Positions 16,787-36,517 of a DNA stretch of 64,000 bases are shown here, piece by piece. The DNA is from Salpingoeca rosetta (taxonomy: Eukaryota; Protista; Choanoflagellata): the NCBI GenBank assembly GCA_033442325.1, contig JAWQFM010000024.1, positions 928,106 to 992,105 of the forward strand, given 5' to 3'. Made by a program: the position numbers and the translations under genes. The notes under the pieces are model-generated. The model saw only the letters and a program-made list of their open reading frames with translations, was not told where the DNA came from and did not search any database. Within the stretch, counting starts at the first letter, position 1. Each line of letters opens with the position of its first letter.

Positions 16787-17487
16787 ACCGCCTCGCTGCA
16801 GAGACTGGATATGCACATGCCTGTGTGCCTGTTACCAGATGTATCGGACCTGTGCCTTTGCATTGCCGCTATTTGTTTGGCATTGCTTCATTTACCTGTA
16901 TTCTCTCCTCCCCCTGTATTTCCCGTCTCCTGTTTTCCTCCTCTACTGTTGTCCCTCTTCTTCTGTGTACACCACCATGTTACCACGCCCCTTTGACGCA
17001 AGGCAAGCCAGTTGTGTCCTTTACAGTGAAAACATATGTACAATGCGCAAGTGAGCGGAAGACATAACAACAGCAGCGATCGCCAGTCTCAAAGAGAGGG
17101 AAACTGCGCCATTGGGGCGGCTGCAATCAGTTGGAGGCGTGTGAACGCATGTTCAGCTCCACAGTATTGCGAGGAGCCTTGCGCAACAACATGCGTGCAA
17201 CCTCGGGAACCAAAGAGTCGGTCACATCAGCGTTCCCACACCCAAAACGCAAACTGCAAAGAAGGATCAATAGAAATGTACACGCGGGCAAGGAAAGCCG
17301 AGAAGCGAGAAAAGATGGGGGGGGGGAGAAAGAAACGGCCATTGCAGAGGGGCAGCAAGAGAAGGCAAGGTGTGCGTGCGTGTGCGATGTGTCTAGTTTC
17401 AGCTGCAGAGGTCGACAGTTCCCTTCTCTTCGTGTTTGGAATGTGCGCACACGCCAGGCAGTGCACACACACCGTGTTGACGTCTTG

Positions 17488-17778
17488 TTATGCGTGGGAG
17501 CGTCGAAGTGTGACAGCCTGTGACACCCTGAGTCGCAGCAACGACACGCGGCGTTCGTTCTCTTTGCCGTCGGAGAAAGGCACCCAGCACAAGGCCTGAA
17601 CATGCGCACAACACGCAGCAGACACGAAGAACAAAGCATCAAGGTGGTGAGGGTTGTACTGAAATGAGGGCCAGTGTGGAAGTGGGTTGTACGCATGCAG
17701 GTGACAAAGGATGTCACTGCACAAGCAAGGGCGAAGAAAAGACCCCAAAAACAAAAAAGCACAAAGCAAAGGAGGCAG

Positions 17779-17820
<42 letters not shown>

Positions 17821-18306
17821 TACACACATACACATGCTTGCACGCACCATGTTGAGCAGTGGCGCGAGGGGCAGCGAGCAGGGCAGAAGTCCAGTACTGT
17901 AGGCAACAACCTGCAGACGAACAGCAAAGCCAAGGCCAGAACACATACGTGTTATGAAGCACATACAAGCTCGGAAGCGTTTCATCGGCACACACGCACA
18001 CACGCACACACACACGCACACACACACGCACACGCACACACAGACGCACGCACACACGCACGTCAGCGGCTCGTATTCTCGTATTGCCATGAGTTAAGAA
18101 TTCATTCATACAGACCGTAGCAATGCAGCCGCCCATCGGTGCGACAAGGTGTCCGCGCACAACTTGATTGAAGGAAATGCGTATCACATCCAACCACTCG
18201 GCGCGTGTGTAAATGTGCAGCTCCAAGTCGAAGTTGCTCGTGTCCGCCTGCATGCAGGCAATGGAAAAAGAGAGACAAGGCAGCAAGTACACCATAGGGT
18301 TAAGTT

Positions 18307-18399
<93 letters not shown>

Positions 18400-18947
18400 T
18401 GAGCTGTTGTGATGCTTGGGATCCTTCACAGTACTGGGGCTAACATTTGAACGAGCGAACAACACATGCGTTTTGGGATCACACGCAACCACACAAATCC
18501 TTGCGATGGGCTTTGTTTCGCCGTTCACGCATGCACTACTTGCAGGCAAAACCCTTGCAGACTCACTCGACTATCCGAGCGGACAGGCAGCGCACGACAC
18601 TGAAACCCCCCCCCCCTTCTTTCCTCAGCGCACACCTTTGCGACGACGTGCTGAACGCCTCTTGTGATGGAGAGGCCGCGAAACGCTGACAAGGTGCAGT
18701 CAAAGCCAAGCTTCGGGTCGCAGTCGGACAGCACCCAGCTGATATTCCAAATAACAAAACAACAGGCAGTCCAAACGAGCAAAACCGCGAGTCAGCAACG
18801 AGCATGTACGACTGATGCAGGCATGGAAATGGCATGTGAAACATCTTCGTGTCTGTGGGCATGGAACAGTGCAGCCGGTCTCATCGTAATCGCACTGCGC
18901 ACACGCACGGTTCACATGATGCACGCACGCACTGCAAGGGGGCACAC

Positions 18948-19019
<72 letters not shown>

Positions 19020-19034
19020 TGCACGAACGCACGG

Positions 19035-19109
<75 letters not shown>

Positions 19110-19735
19110 GCACACACACACACAAGCACACACACACGATGCACGCACGCACGGCCCACACAAGTAAGTACACCGTCTCAAGTACATACGCACTCTTCCT
19201 TGAAGTTGTGTAAGGATCGAACGCCAGGAACCCAGCCGCCAGGGTTTAGGGAGGCCTGTATTCTGCCCTGCATGGCACCAAGCCACGACACGCCCCGCGC
19301 CCCACCACAACACACGTTTCTCTTCAACTGCCTGTAAGTGATGTTTGAGGTGTACGACCGCGGGAGCGTGAGGCTGGTTGCGGGCTGCAGCTTGAGGGTG
19401 GGGCGGTCGATGTCTGTTTCCTGCTCCGTGTCTTGCTGGGCGCCTGCGCTGTTGCCATTGTCGTCTTCATCATCGCTCTCGTACAGCGTGTTCATCCTGG
19501 CAAAGTGGTGCCACGAGGAATGCAAACGGGTGAGAGCGTGAGCACAACGTGACACGGGGACGGAAGGAGTCCGCTTGCTTGAACAAGCACAGCAGCTCAT
19601 CGCCATGAGCAAGTCTTCTTGCTTGCAAGCAACAGACGGGATCGTGCAGTACAAACCACGCGCGCATGTGCAACCGCCAACAAAGCTTACACTGCCAGAC
19701 ATTTACGTAAACGCAAGCATGCATGTACGCACAGA

Positions 19736-19781
<46 letters not shown>

Positions 19782-19960
19782 CACACACACCGGACAACTT
19801 CTGGAAAGTCCTCTGTCTCGTCGTCCAAGGCAACCATCTCTCTGGAGAACTTGCGGGTGCCATGTCGGACATCTGTGTATCGGCGCTGCTGCAGGAACAC
19901 CAGCTGATCCGACTCCAGGTTCGGGTCGAACTTGCCCTTGTCCTTGTCCCAAATAGACAT
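17488..19960 (-). CDS. Hypothetical protein (multi-exon, no family recognised)
   Basis: Phase-compatible GT-AG exons: MSIWDKDKGKFDPNLESDQLVFLQQRRY...FPEVVR (19960-19791) / MNTLYESDDEDD...RQLKRN / ...DWVLSDCDPKLGFDCTLSAFRGLSITRGVQHVVAK / ADTSNFDLELHIYTRAEWLDVIRISF... / VVAYSTGLLPCSLPLAPLLNM / ALCWVPFSDGKENERRVSLLRLRVSQAVTLRRSHA*. Internal boundaries are uncertain. Confidence 0.6.
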
Positions 19961-20222
19961 GATACCCGTGTTTCGTGTTGGAGAGTCACCTGGATGGGAG
20001 TGTGTAGATGGGAGGAGAGGGCTTGTTCCGATGGATGGTGGTGAGCAGGGTTGTGGTGCCAGCCAGCCAACGCCCACACAACTGCCACTGCGAATGGTGG
20101 TGTCGTTCAGCACTCCAATATATGTTTCGCACAAGCGCACACCGGAACATGCGCATCATTTTTGTTGCTGAGCCGATCCACCATCCATCAGCCAAGCAAG
20201 CAGAAAACAAAACAAAGGCGAT

Positions 20223-20458
20223 ATGGCGGTGATGGTGACGGCGATGAGCGCTGCTGCGTGCTGTGGTGTTGTGTTGATGCTGCTGGCTCTCTCCACCAGC
20301 CTCGCATCAGGTGTGTGTCTGTGTGTCTGCGTGTGTCTGTATCTATGTGTGTGTGTGTGTGCATCTGTGTGTAGTTTCTTTTTTGACAAGTTTGCCTGCA
20401 AGCACATCCTATGTATCTGTGTATCTCACTTCCCTCACACACGCACGCGCGCGAACAC

Positions 20459-20551
<93 letters not shown>

Positions 20552-20899
20552 CTAACTACGAAATCTGCTCTCCTCTCTCCTGTGACAAACAACATAATGC
20601 AGCGCAAGTGACGGTGCTGGTGGTGAGGGATGACGGGATTGCGTCCACGCCAAGCGACGAGCCACAGGACCCCACGTTCCAGACAAGCGCTCGCTTCCTG
20701 TTTGAGGCAAACACCTTCCGCAAGAACTTCCCCTTTGAGTGCTCCCTCGACGGCAGCCCCTTCTCAAGTTGCTTGTCGCCACACGAGATCCCCGGCCCGC
20801 TGGCTGATGGCTCTCACACTTTTAGCGTTCGTGTTCCTGGAAACCCCGGCACACAACACACATGGACCATCGGTGCGTCATCTTCTGTATAGTGCGTGC

Positions 20900-20979
<80 letters not shown>

Positions 20980-22276
20980 GTGTGACCTTTTGTCGCACGT
21001 GTGATGTTGTATGTATGTTCGACAATGTGCCCTTCATGTGCTCCTCTTCCATTTTAAGCATGGCTTGGCTGCTTTCGTCTGCGCGATGCTCTCCGGCGTC
21101 GAGTGCTCACACCTTTGCAATGGCGGTCGTGTGTATGTAATATGTGTGATATATATGTGCGTGCTTGCGTGCTTGCTAGACACCACCCCGCCCACGATTT
21201 CTTTTGCATCTGCACCGGAAGGGGTGATTGGTGTGGGTGCGACTGCCGCCTTTGAAGTGGATGCTTCTGAAGCGGTGCAGTTTCTGTGCCGCTTTGATGA
21301 TGCGTACGATTACGCGCCATGTCCGTCGGGAACGAGCGGTGTTTGGAGCAGCAGCACGCAGTTTGATTACGACAGCGTGGCAGCAGGTCCACATCGGCTC
21401 CGCGTCGTTGCCCTTGATCAAGCAGGCAGCGAAAGCAACCCGCTCCTGTTTGAGTTCAGCGCCGACGATTGCGTCCTGACACCGGGGCTGTGCAAGCACA
21501 ACAACATGACTGACGCCACACAGCAAGGCAGCTGTGGTGCCGGGTATTACCTCGACCTTGAAGACCGCAACATCTGCCGCGGTGTGTCTGCATGTCTGCG
21601 TGCTCTTGTGTGTGTCTGTGTGTGCATATGTGTGTGTTTATTCTTGTGCGTGTGTGTGTCTGTGTGTGCATATGTGTGTGTTTATTCTTGTGCGTGTGTG
21701 TGTTTATTCTTGTGCGTGCGTGTGTGTGTGTGTGTGCGTCTGTTGGTTTGTTCTTGTATGCTTGTGTGTGCACCCGTGCGTGTAGGTTTCAAACGCACCA
21801 CACGCACACATGACGATTCCTGTTGCCTTGCTCGCTCACCTGCATTTTCTGCAACGAAACTCGCTCACATACACACTCACTCATGCACAAACACACACAC
21901 ACATACACACACTCATGCACACACACACATACACACACACGCTGTCCCCGTTGCAGCATGCGTTGCTGTTCCCAGCTGTCCGCAGTCCCAGTTGCATTGC
22001 ACGATGCGATCCAAGTACAACTCCATCTGCGGCACCTGCACCAGCTACTTCTCCACCAACCACACGGTGCATATCGTGTTGTGTTGTGACATGATGTGAT
22101 TTCTGACATTATGTGCCCCTTTTCACTTCAAGTACATGTTACACGGCGGTTGACTTGCAGCACTGCTCACACACCAGCCACTCACTCGCGCGCGCGCGCA
22201 CACCTCCACCATCCACGCACAGGAGAACCACATTGACTGCAGCGTTGTGAGCATCTTCCCTTCGACATCTCCATGA
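20223..22276 (+). CDS. Secreted protein with two bacterial-type Ig-like repeats and a Cys-rich C-terminus
   Basis: Signal peptide [29 protein letters not shown]. Repeat 1: [16 protein letters not shown]...[11 protein letters not shown]...WTIDTTPP. Repeat 2: FLCRFDD...PCPS...[15 protein letters not shown]. Then CGAGYY...[11 protein letters not shown]...CGTCT. The 3' end (ENHIDCSV..., stop 22274-22276) is tentative. Confidence 0.7.
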
Positions 22277-22786
22277 GAAGGACTGTGCTGGTGCGATTCC
22301 TCCTTGCATGCCCCCTGCCACCCTTTTCAACCCTTTCTTTCTGACACACACACGCACGCATGCATGCACGCAAACACACACACACACACACGCACGCACG
22401 CGCGCACGAGCCTGCTTGCTGGCGTGTGCTGCACTCTTTCCATTCAACCAACATCTTGAGCCGTTATTGTGTGTTTTTGTGTGCTTGCTGTTGTTGTACT
22501 TGCTTTCCTATCACCTCTTCTGACGTCCTGGCTGGTGCATTGGCATGCACCACGCCACAAGCAAACAAGTACGCGCTTGCAACTTCCCCCCTCCCTCACT
22601 GCATCTTCTGTATTGGGTTCCTGCTTAGTGGTTTACCCTGTTCACTTTTAATCCTGACCAATAAAACCACCAAGCAACGATTGTAGCCATCATTGTAACA
22701 CGTGCTCACGCGTGCGGAGATGAGACAGCAAGTGATTTGTGCCATGTGTGGTGTAGTTTGTGCCTGTGCCTGCAGATTTGCTGCTT

Positions 22787-25007
22787 TCATTGCCATTGCA
22801 CCGCCTGTTTGTGCGAAGGTGATGCAGAGGCGCGCGTCACGGTGTCTAAGACTTGCTTGACAACGCTGTTGCGAACCTCATCCTGCCAGCCATTGCCGAG
22901 ACGAACCAGCACAAGGTGCAGGGGCGGGACAACAAATATGTATTGTCCTTTGTATCCTGCGGAGAAGGCCGTGCCTGCAGGCAACACATTTGTGGCCCAG
23001 CCCCACATTTCGAGGTACTTCACCAAGCATGCGTTTGTTGGATCCTCCCTGAGGCGTGTAATGTTTGCATGCCCTTGTGGCGGGTACCACCAGCCGTCCG
23101 CGAACACGCCGTCATTGAATGCATATGTGGTTGGATATGGGTCTGGCTGCGAAGGAACCACGCGGCTTCCACGCCAAGTTCCATTCTGCAACACAAGTGT
23201 GTGTGTGTGTGTATAATGTGTGTGTGTGTGTACGTGTGTGTGTGTGTGTACGTGTGTTTTATATGTGTACGTGTTAGAAGGTGCGCAAGTGGAGTGATGT
23301 GACGGGATCATGAAACCAAGTTGCTCTAAGACATGCTCCATGTCCAAGGTTCTCCCTTCCCTTGAATGGCAAACTCACCTGCAAGTGGAGGACTCCGAAA
23401 CGTGCCCAGTCGCGGGCGGTGGCAAACCCAAAGCTGCTGCCAACAAAGATGCCCTCGCTGTCCGTCTCCAGCACAAACGACTTTGCCCCAATGGGTGCAA
23501 ACAGCTGATACAAGCAGTTGAGGGATGAGAAGTATGGGTGGTGAGGCACAAGGTACACAAGACACAAGAACTGATGTGGTGGTGGGCTTGATTGTGTCGG
23601 TTGTCGGTTGTGTGCGTGTGTGTGTGTGGGGGGGCAGATGCATGCGGGCAGATGCAACGGAATGCAGACTGTCACCTTTCCCACCCCAACACACACACAC
23701 ACACACACACACATACATGTACAAACACATGCCTGCACGCACACACATATATGCACACACACACACACATACATGCACACACACTCAATCCAATAGAAAG
23801 CCCTCACCTTCTCGTATGGGAAGCGCCAGTAGTCCCACCAGGAGGGAAAAGATTGGCGGAGCATCCAACTGGCCAAGTTAGTGGCCCCGCTGTTGTAGCA
23901 CCAACGCTCGCCAGGCAGATGGGCGGGCGCCTTGTTGCGCGCAAACCCGGCCGTGGACCGCTCCAGGAACAGCATGCGCGCGGGGTCGTTGATCATGCAG
24001 TAGTGCTCGTTGTAGTCGAGGCCGTCCACCATGTGCAGGAGGTGGCGCAGCTGGATGAGGTCGTTGTCGACGCTCTCGTCCATGTCCAGGTCCAGCAGGT
24101 CCTCCAGCTTGATGCGGCCTTCCCCGATAGCGACGCCAATGAGCGTGGACAGCACGCTCTTGCTCATGGACCAGCCGAGCTGGGCGCTGTCTGCCGTGAT
24201 GTTCAGCCAGGACGCGTACGACTCCGCCACCAGCTTGCCGCAGTGCACGGCTGCGAGGCCGCGGGTGTGCTCCTGCTGCTGCTCTCCACGCTTGATCTCC
24301 GCATCGAAGATGGCCTGCAACGCCGCAATCTCTTCCTCGCTCAGCCGCTCATCGTCACTGCACAGCGCCGTGTCACCAAAGTACCCAGTGCCATCATCAT
24401 CATCGTTAGCATCATCGTTAACATCGCTGCTGCTGCTGCTGCTGCGATGGTCGTCGGCCTGGCTCTCGCCGCTCTTCCTGCTGCCTCTGCTGATCTCCTT
24501 GTCCTTATCTGCGGTGTGTGCTTGCGTTTGGCGAGGGCCGCCTGGCCTGAGCTGCGCCAGCAAAGCCTGCAGCGCTCCCACCTCGGCTGCGTCTTGTTCG
24601 CTCTCCGCAGACACAGCGCGGTGGTACAGGTCCCTGGCAGCTTGCATGTGCGGCGAGAGCGGCTGCAGCACGCAGCCGTGCAGGCGGCTCACGTACACGG
24701 CGGAGGCGTTGGCGGCAAGGAACCGCGCCTCGTACGACTGCAGGTCTGCATCGTGCCACACGCTGCCGAAGCTGAGTGGTGCCTGGTCCACCTCAAACTT
24801 TAGCAGCGGCTCCGTGGCGGTGCCCTGCACTCTGTCGGCGTTGCACGCTGCCATTGCCAGCGCAGAGGCTGCGATCGTGGAGACGTCCCGCACAAACGGC
24901 GCATACGCTGTCCAGGCCGCAGCCAGGACCGCCACCGCAACTGCCGCGACCACGGCTTTGACCGCCAACCCAAACCACTTTCTCTCACTCGTCATCATCA
25001 CCGTCAT
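22787..25007 (-). CDS. Beta-lactamase-family (AmpC/NylB-like) serine hydrolase with N-terminal membrane anchor; 3 exons
   Basis: Exons 25007-23808, ~23504-23379 and ~23186-22787. Catalytic SxxK motif in LGWSMSKS; LRHLLHMVDGL; PGERWCYNSGATNL; LFAPIG; FVGSSFGFATARDWARFG.LHLQNG.W.G; FSAGYKGQYIFVVPPLHLVLVRLG. Confidence 0.92.
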
Positions 25008-25150
25008 CGCCAGTCGTCACGATTCCTGATTGCGTCATTCTTGTTGTTTGTTTATGTTTGTCTGCCACGTGTTTGTTGGACTGGAAGCACTGAGGGGTGT
25101 GGAACGTGCAGATCTGTATCTGTATCACATCACACCTCCACTGCCCGCGT

Positions 25151-27641
<2,491 letters not shown>

Positions 27642-27948
27642 CGCTGCTGGTGCTCGTGGTGGTGTTCGTGTTCGCGTGTGCGGGTGTTCGTGAATGATGA
27701 GGTGATGATGACGCTTGCTGTCTGTCCGTTGTTGCACGCTGCTTCCTTCTCACACAGCAGCGCGCGGTTTCGATGTCTTAAACAAGTCTGTCTTGTTTTT
27801 GACTGGCAGGTAGGAGTTGGCCAAGTGCGCGCGAATGTGCGAATGAAATGGAACGTTTCATCATCCGTTGCTTGCATCAAGCAACAAGAAGGACGACAGA
27901 AGCAACACACGAAAGCGCCTGTCACCATTGATGGACTGTCAATCAAGG

Positions 27949-27985
<37 letters not shown>

Positions 27986-28143
27986 TAACAGCACACAGCA
28001 AGCACAACAGCAACACAACAAGAAGCCACTTTCCTTGAGCGGTTGCACTAGCAAAGCACACTCATCATCATCATCAATCATCAATCCATCCACTCATCCA
28101 AAGCAGGAAGCACTTTCATCAAGCATACACACACACAGACATC

Positions 28144-33477
<5,334 letters not shown>

Positions 33478-33486
33478 GACCAGCCA

Positions 33487-33516
33487 AGCAACAACGACAA
33501 CAACAACAACAACAAT

Positions 33517-33592
<76 letters not shown>

Positions 33593-33690
33593 CCACCACC
33601 ACCACCACCACCAACACCAACACCAACACCAACACCAACACCAACAACAACAACAACAACAACACCAACACCAACACCAACACCAACACC

Positions 33691-33722
<32 letters not shown>
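33487..33722. repeat. Compound (CAA)n/(CAC)n/(CCAACA)n microsatellite just after the ACSL stop codon
   Basis: Directly visible; begins about 10 nt after TGA. Confidence 0.95.
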
Positions 33723-34170
33723 AAAATGTACACGTATGTTCCCGATGTCTTTTTCTTGTTACATGACTTCGATTATGGTGACGTGCTTGCTTGCTTGTTT
33801 GCATCAAACAGTAAACGTAACGGCTCTTCGTCAGACCGCGCAAGAAGGTTAACAATGATATGGCCAACCAACCGCCACAGCCCTCAAGTAGTAACAAGAA
33901 AAGCAAGGGGGCAGTCAAGCAATGGAGTGAGGTTTGCACGCAAGTTTCGCTTTCGAAGCGTCAGTAAACGTCACAACTAAGAAGGGAACGCTCGGCCTAA
34001 TTCACGTGTTGTTCTCCCATGGAGCAAGAACATGGATGGAAAGAGAGAGAGAGAGGGGGGGATAAGATGAAAAAGTTATCAACAACCCGCCAGCGCCCAT
34101 CTCAAAATATGAGCTGCCAACTTGGTGCACATTTCACACACACACACACACGCACGCATACACATGTCTG

Positions 34171-36446
34171 TTATGCGGTCGTCTCTGGCATGTCGCCATG
34201 TGCTGGTGAATGCCCATCATGTGCGCCGTACAAGTCATTGGGCGTCATATGTGCTGTTGGTGTGTCGTGGCCATCGCCAGGCCCTCTGCTCACGGGCGTC
34301 ACGCCCTCATACAGTTCATTCTCCACCATGAACGTCGCAACGCCGTACGCTGGCGGCAACGACTCCACCTAGTGTGTGTGCGCGTGTGTGTGTGCGCGTG
34401 TGTGCGTGTGTGCGTGTGCGCGTGTGTGCGTGTTTGAGATTGAGAAGCGCATGAATTCATGGCGAGCAAGACCGACATGACGTGCTCATTTTCTCGCGTG
34501 CTTGCAGGCATTCGCGCTTGCTTGCGACTGAAGCTTCGCGTTGACACAAACAAACAAACAAACAAACAAACAAACAAACAAACACACCTGTGTTGCGACG
34601 CGCCCTCTGTTTCGGTAAAACGATGCAGCAAACACAACAGCGACGAGCAGCAGAACAGCTGCACCTGTCCCCAAGACAAGCCAAGCCGCGTTGCATTGCG
34701 TGAGGAATATTAAGTGGACAGATACATCAGTTCAACAAACAAGCAAGCATGCACATGTCACAAACATAACGTGGCGCGCAATGTGACTTGATGCAAGCTC
34801 GTACAGCGTATGCGAAACACGAAAAGCACCTCTCTCCCCTCCCCTGCCGCAGCTTACCTGCTGCAATGGCACCAAACACCCAGGGCTGCAAGGCTGCTGT
34901 TTGCGTTGACCCTTCAGGCGATCCACCAGATGCAGTTGTCGTGGTGCTCGCAGTACTGGCGGCTGCCATTGTCCCAGTAGTCGCTGCTGTGGATGTGACC
35001 ACGGCCGTTGCTGTTGCTGTGGACGGTGTTGACTGCCCTTGTGATGTTGATAGTGATGATGATGATGATGACAATGATGATGATGAGGTGGCGGCGGGTG
35101 GCACAGTGGTTGTCGTGGTCGTCGTGGCTGTCGTTGATGTGACGGATGGAAGCGTTGTTACAGCCTTGATGGTTCCTGTTGTTGTTGATTCTGAGGGGAT
35201 CGTAGCCACCGTGGACGCCGTGGGATTCGTGACCAAAACAGGCGTCGTTGTTGTTGTCGTCGGCGTGGTGGTGGTGGTGGTGGTGGTAGTTGGTTGGCTC
35301 AGAGAAGAAGATGGAGAGGGAGACGGTTGGTATGAGAGGACTTGAGTGGATGTGACACGCTTGTGCTTCTCTGTTGTGGTCGTGGTCGTTGTTGTGGTGG
35401 TTGTAGATGTCGTGGTTGTTGTCGTTGTCGTGGTTGTGGTAGTTGTTGTGGTTGTTGTGGTTGTGGTGGTCGTGGTGGTGACTGGAAGCGGTGGATACGA
35501 TGCGGGTTGTGTCGGAAGCTCACGCCGGCAAAGATACAGTGACGTGCGCTCGCTTGGTCGATTAACTGTGAATGCCATTGCCAGTGGTGATGAGAGTGAG
35601 AACAATGTGCTGAGAACCAAAACGTAGATAACAAAAAAACGAGAGTGGTACCTCATTGTGATCTGCGACAACCAATGGGCTCAATCCCATTGTCACATCA
35701 TGACACACACAAACACACTCGAAAACGGCACGAGATTGAAAGACTTACACCAAAACCCGTCAAAGTTTTCAGAGCACGGCGTGTCGTTCATAATGTACTC
35801 GCCCTCGCGCAGCTGCAGGCCTGCAATGATCGAATAATGAGACGAAGAAAGAGAGGGGCCGTATCAGAGAGATGCATTCAAGAGAGAAACAAGAGCAAAG
35901 AGCGGCACAAACGTGAGAAGAGAGAGAGTGTGTGTGTGTGTATGTGTATGTGTGCAAGTCATCAGGAACACAAGTACATCTTACACGAAAGGGTGCTTGC
36001 ATTACGCATGCCAACATGCACATTCACATACACATGTATACACACACAAGTACATTCGACTACAATCGCTCCATTGCGTGCATGTGAACAATCACACGAC
36101 CAACGACCAAGTGACGTACTCAGACAGTCCTCTTGTCCGGTGACGGGTTCCTTGCGACGGAATTCGTAGTTGTTGGGCTCTTTATGATCTGGGTAGGGCT
36201 GCCAGAACCACTCGTACACATTGGCAGCTTGCCCGTCTGGCCACACAAACTCTCGCAGCGCTGGATCGACGGCACTGCCGCAGTAGTAGTCCACGCTCAC
36301 GTCCACGTGGTCGCCACAGGCCGAAAGCGATGATGTCAAATAGTCAGCCGCTGTCTTGCCGACGGTGGACACCCACACCTGCATCATTGAGGAGGCATGA
36401 ACGTATTGATGGTTGCGTGTTCCCACGAATATGTCCGTGAGGTGTG

Positions 36447-36517
<71 letters not shown>

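Noticed and set aside
22737-23216. Possible final Cys-rich exon (cag|ICCFHCHCTACLC...) of the Ig-like gene overlapping the hydrolase 3' end
   Set aside because: It is phase-compatible but lies antisense to a well-conserved coding exon, and a nearer exon at 22223 can end the gene. It cannot be supported without RNA data.
22787-25007. Bacterial contamination as the source of the beta-lactamase-like gene
   Set aside because: The gene has two GT-AG introns with host-type GT/CA microsatellites and is contiguous with host genes.
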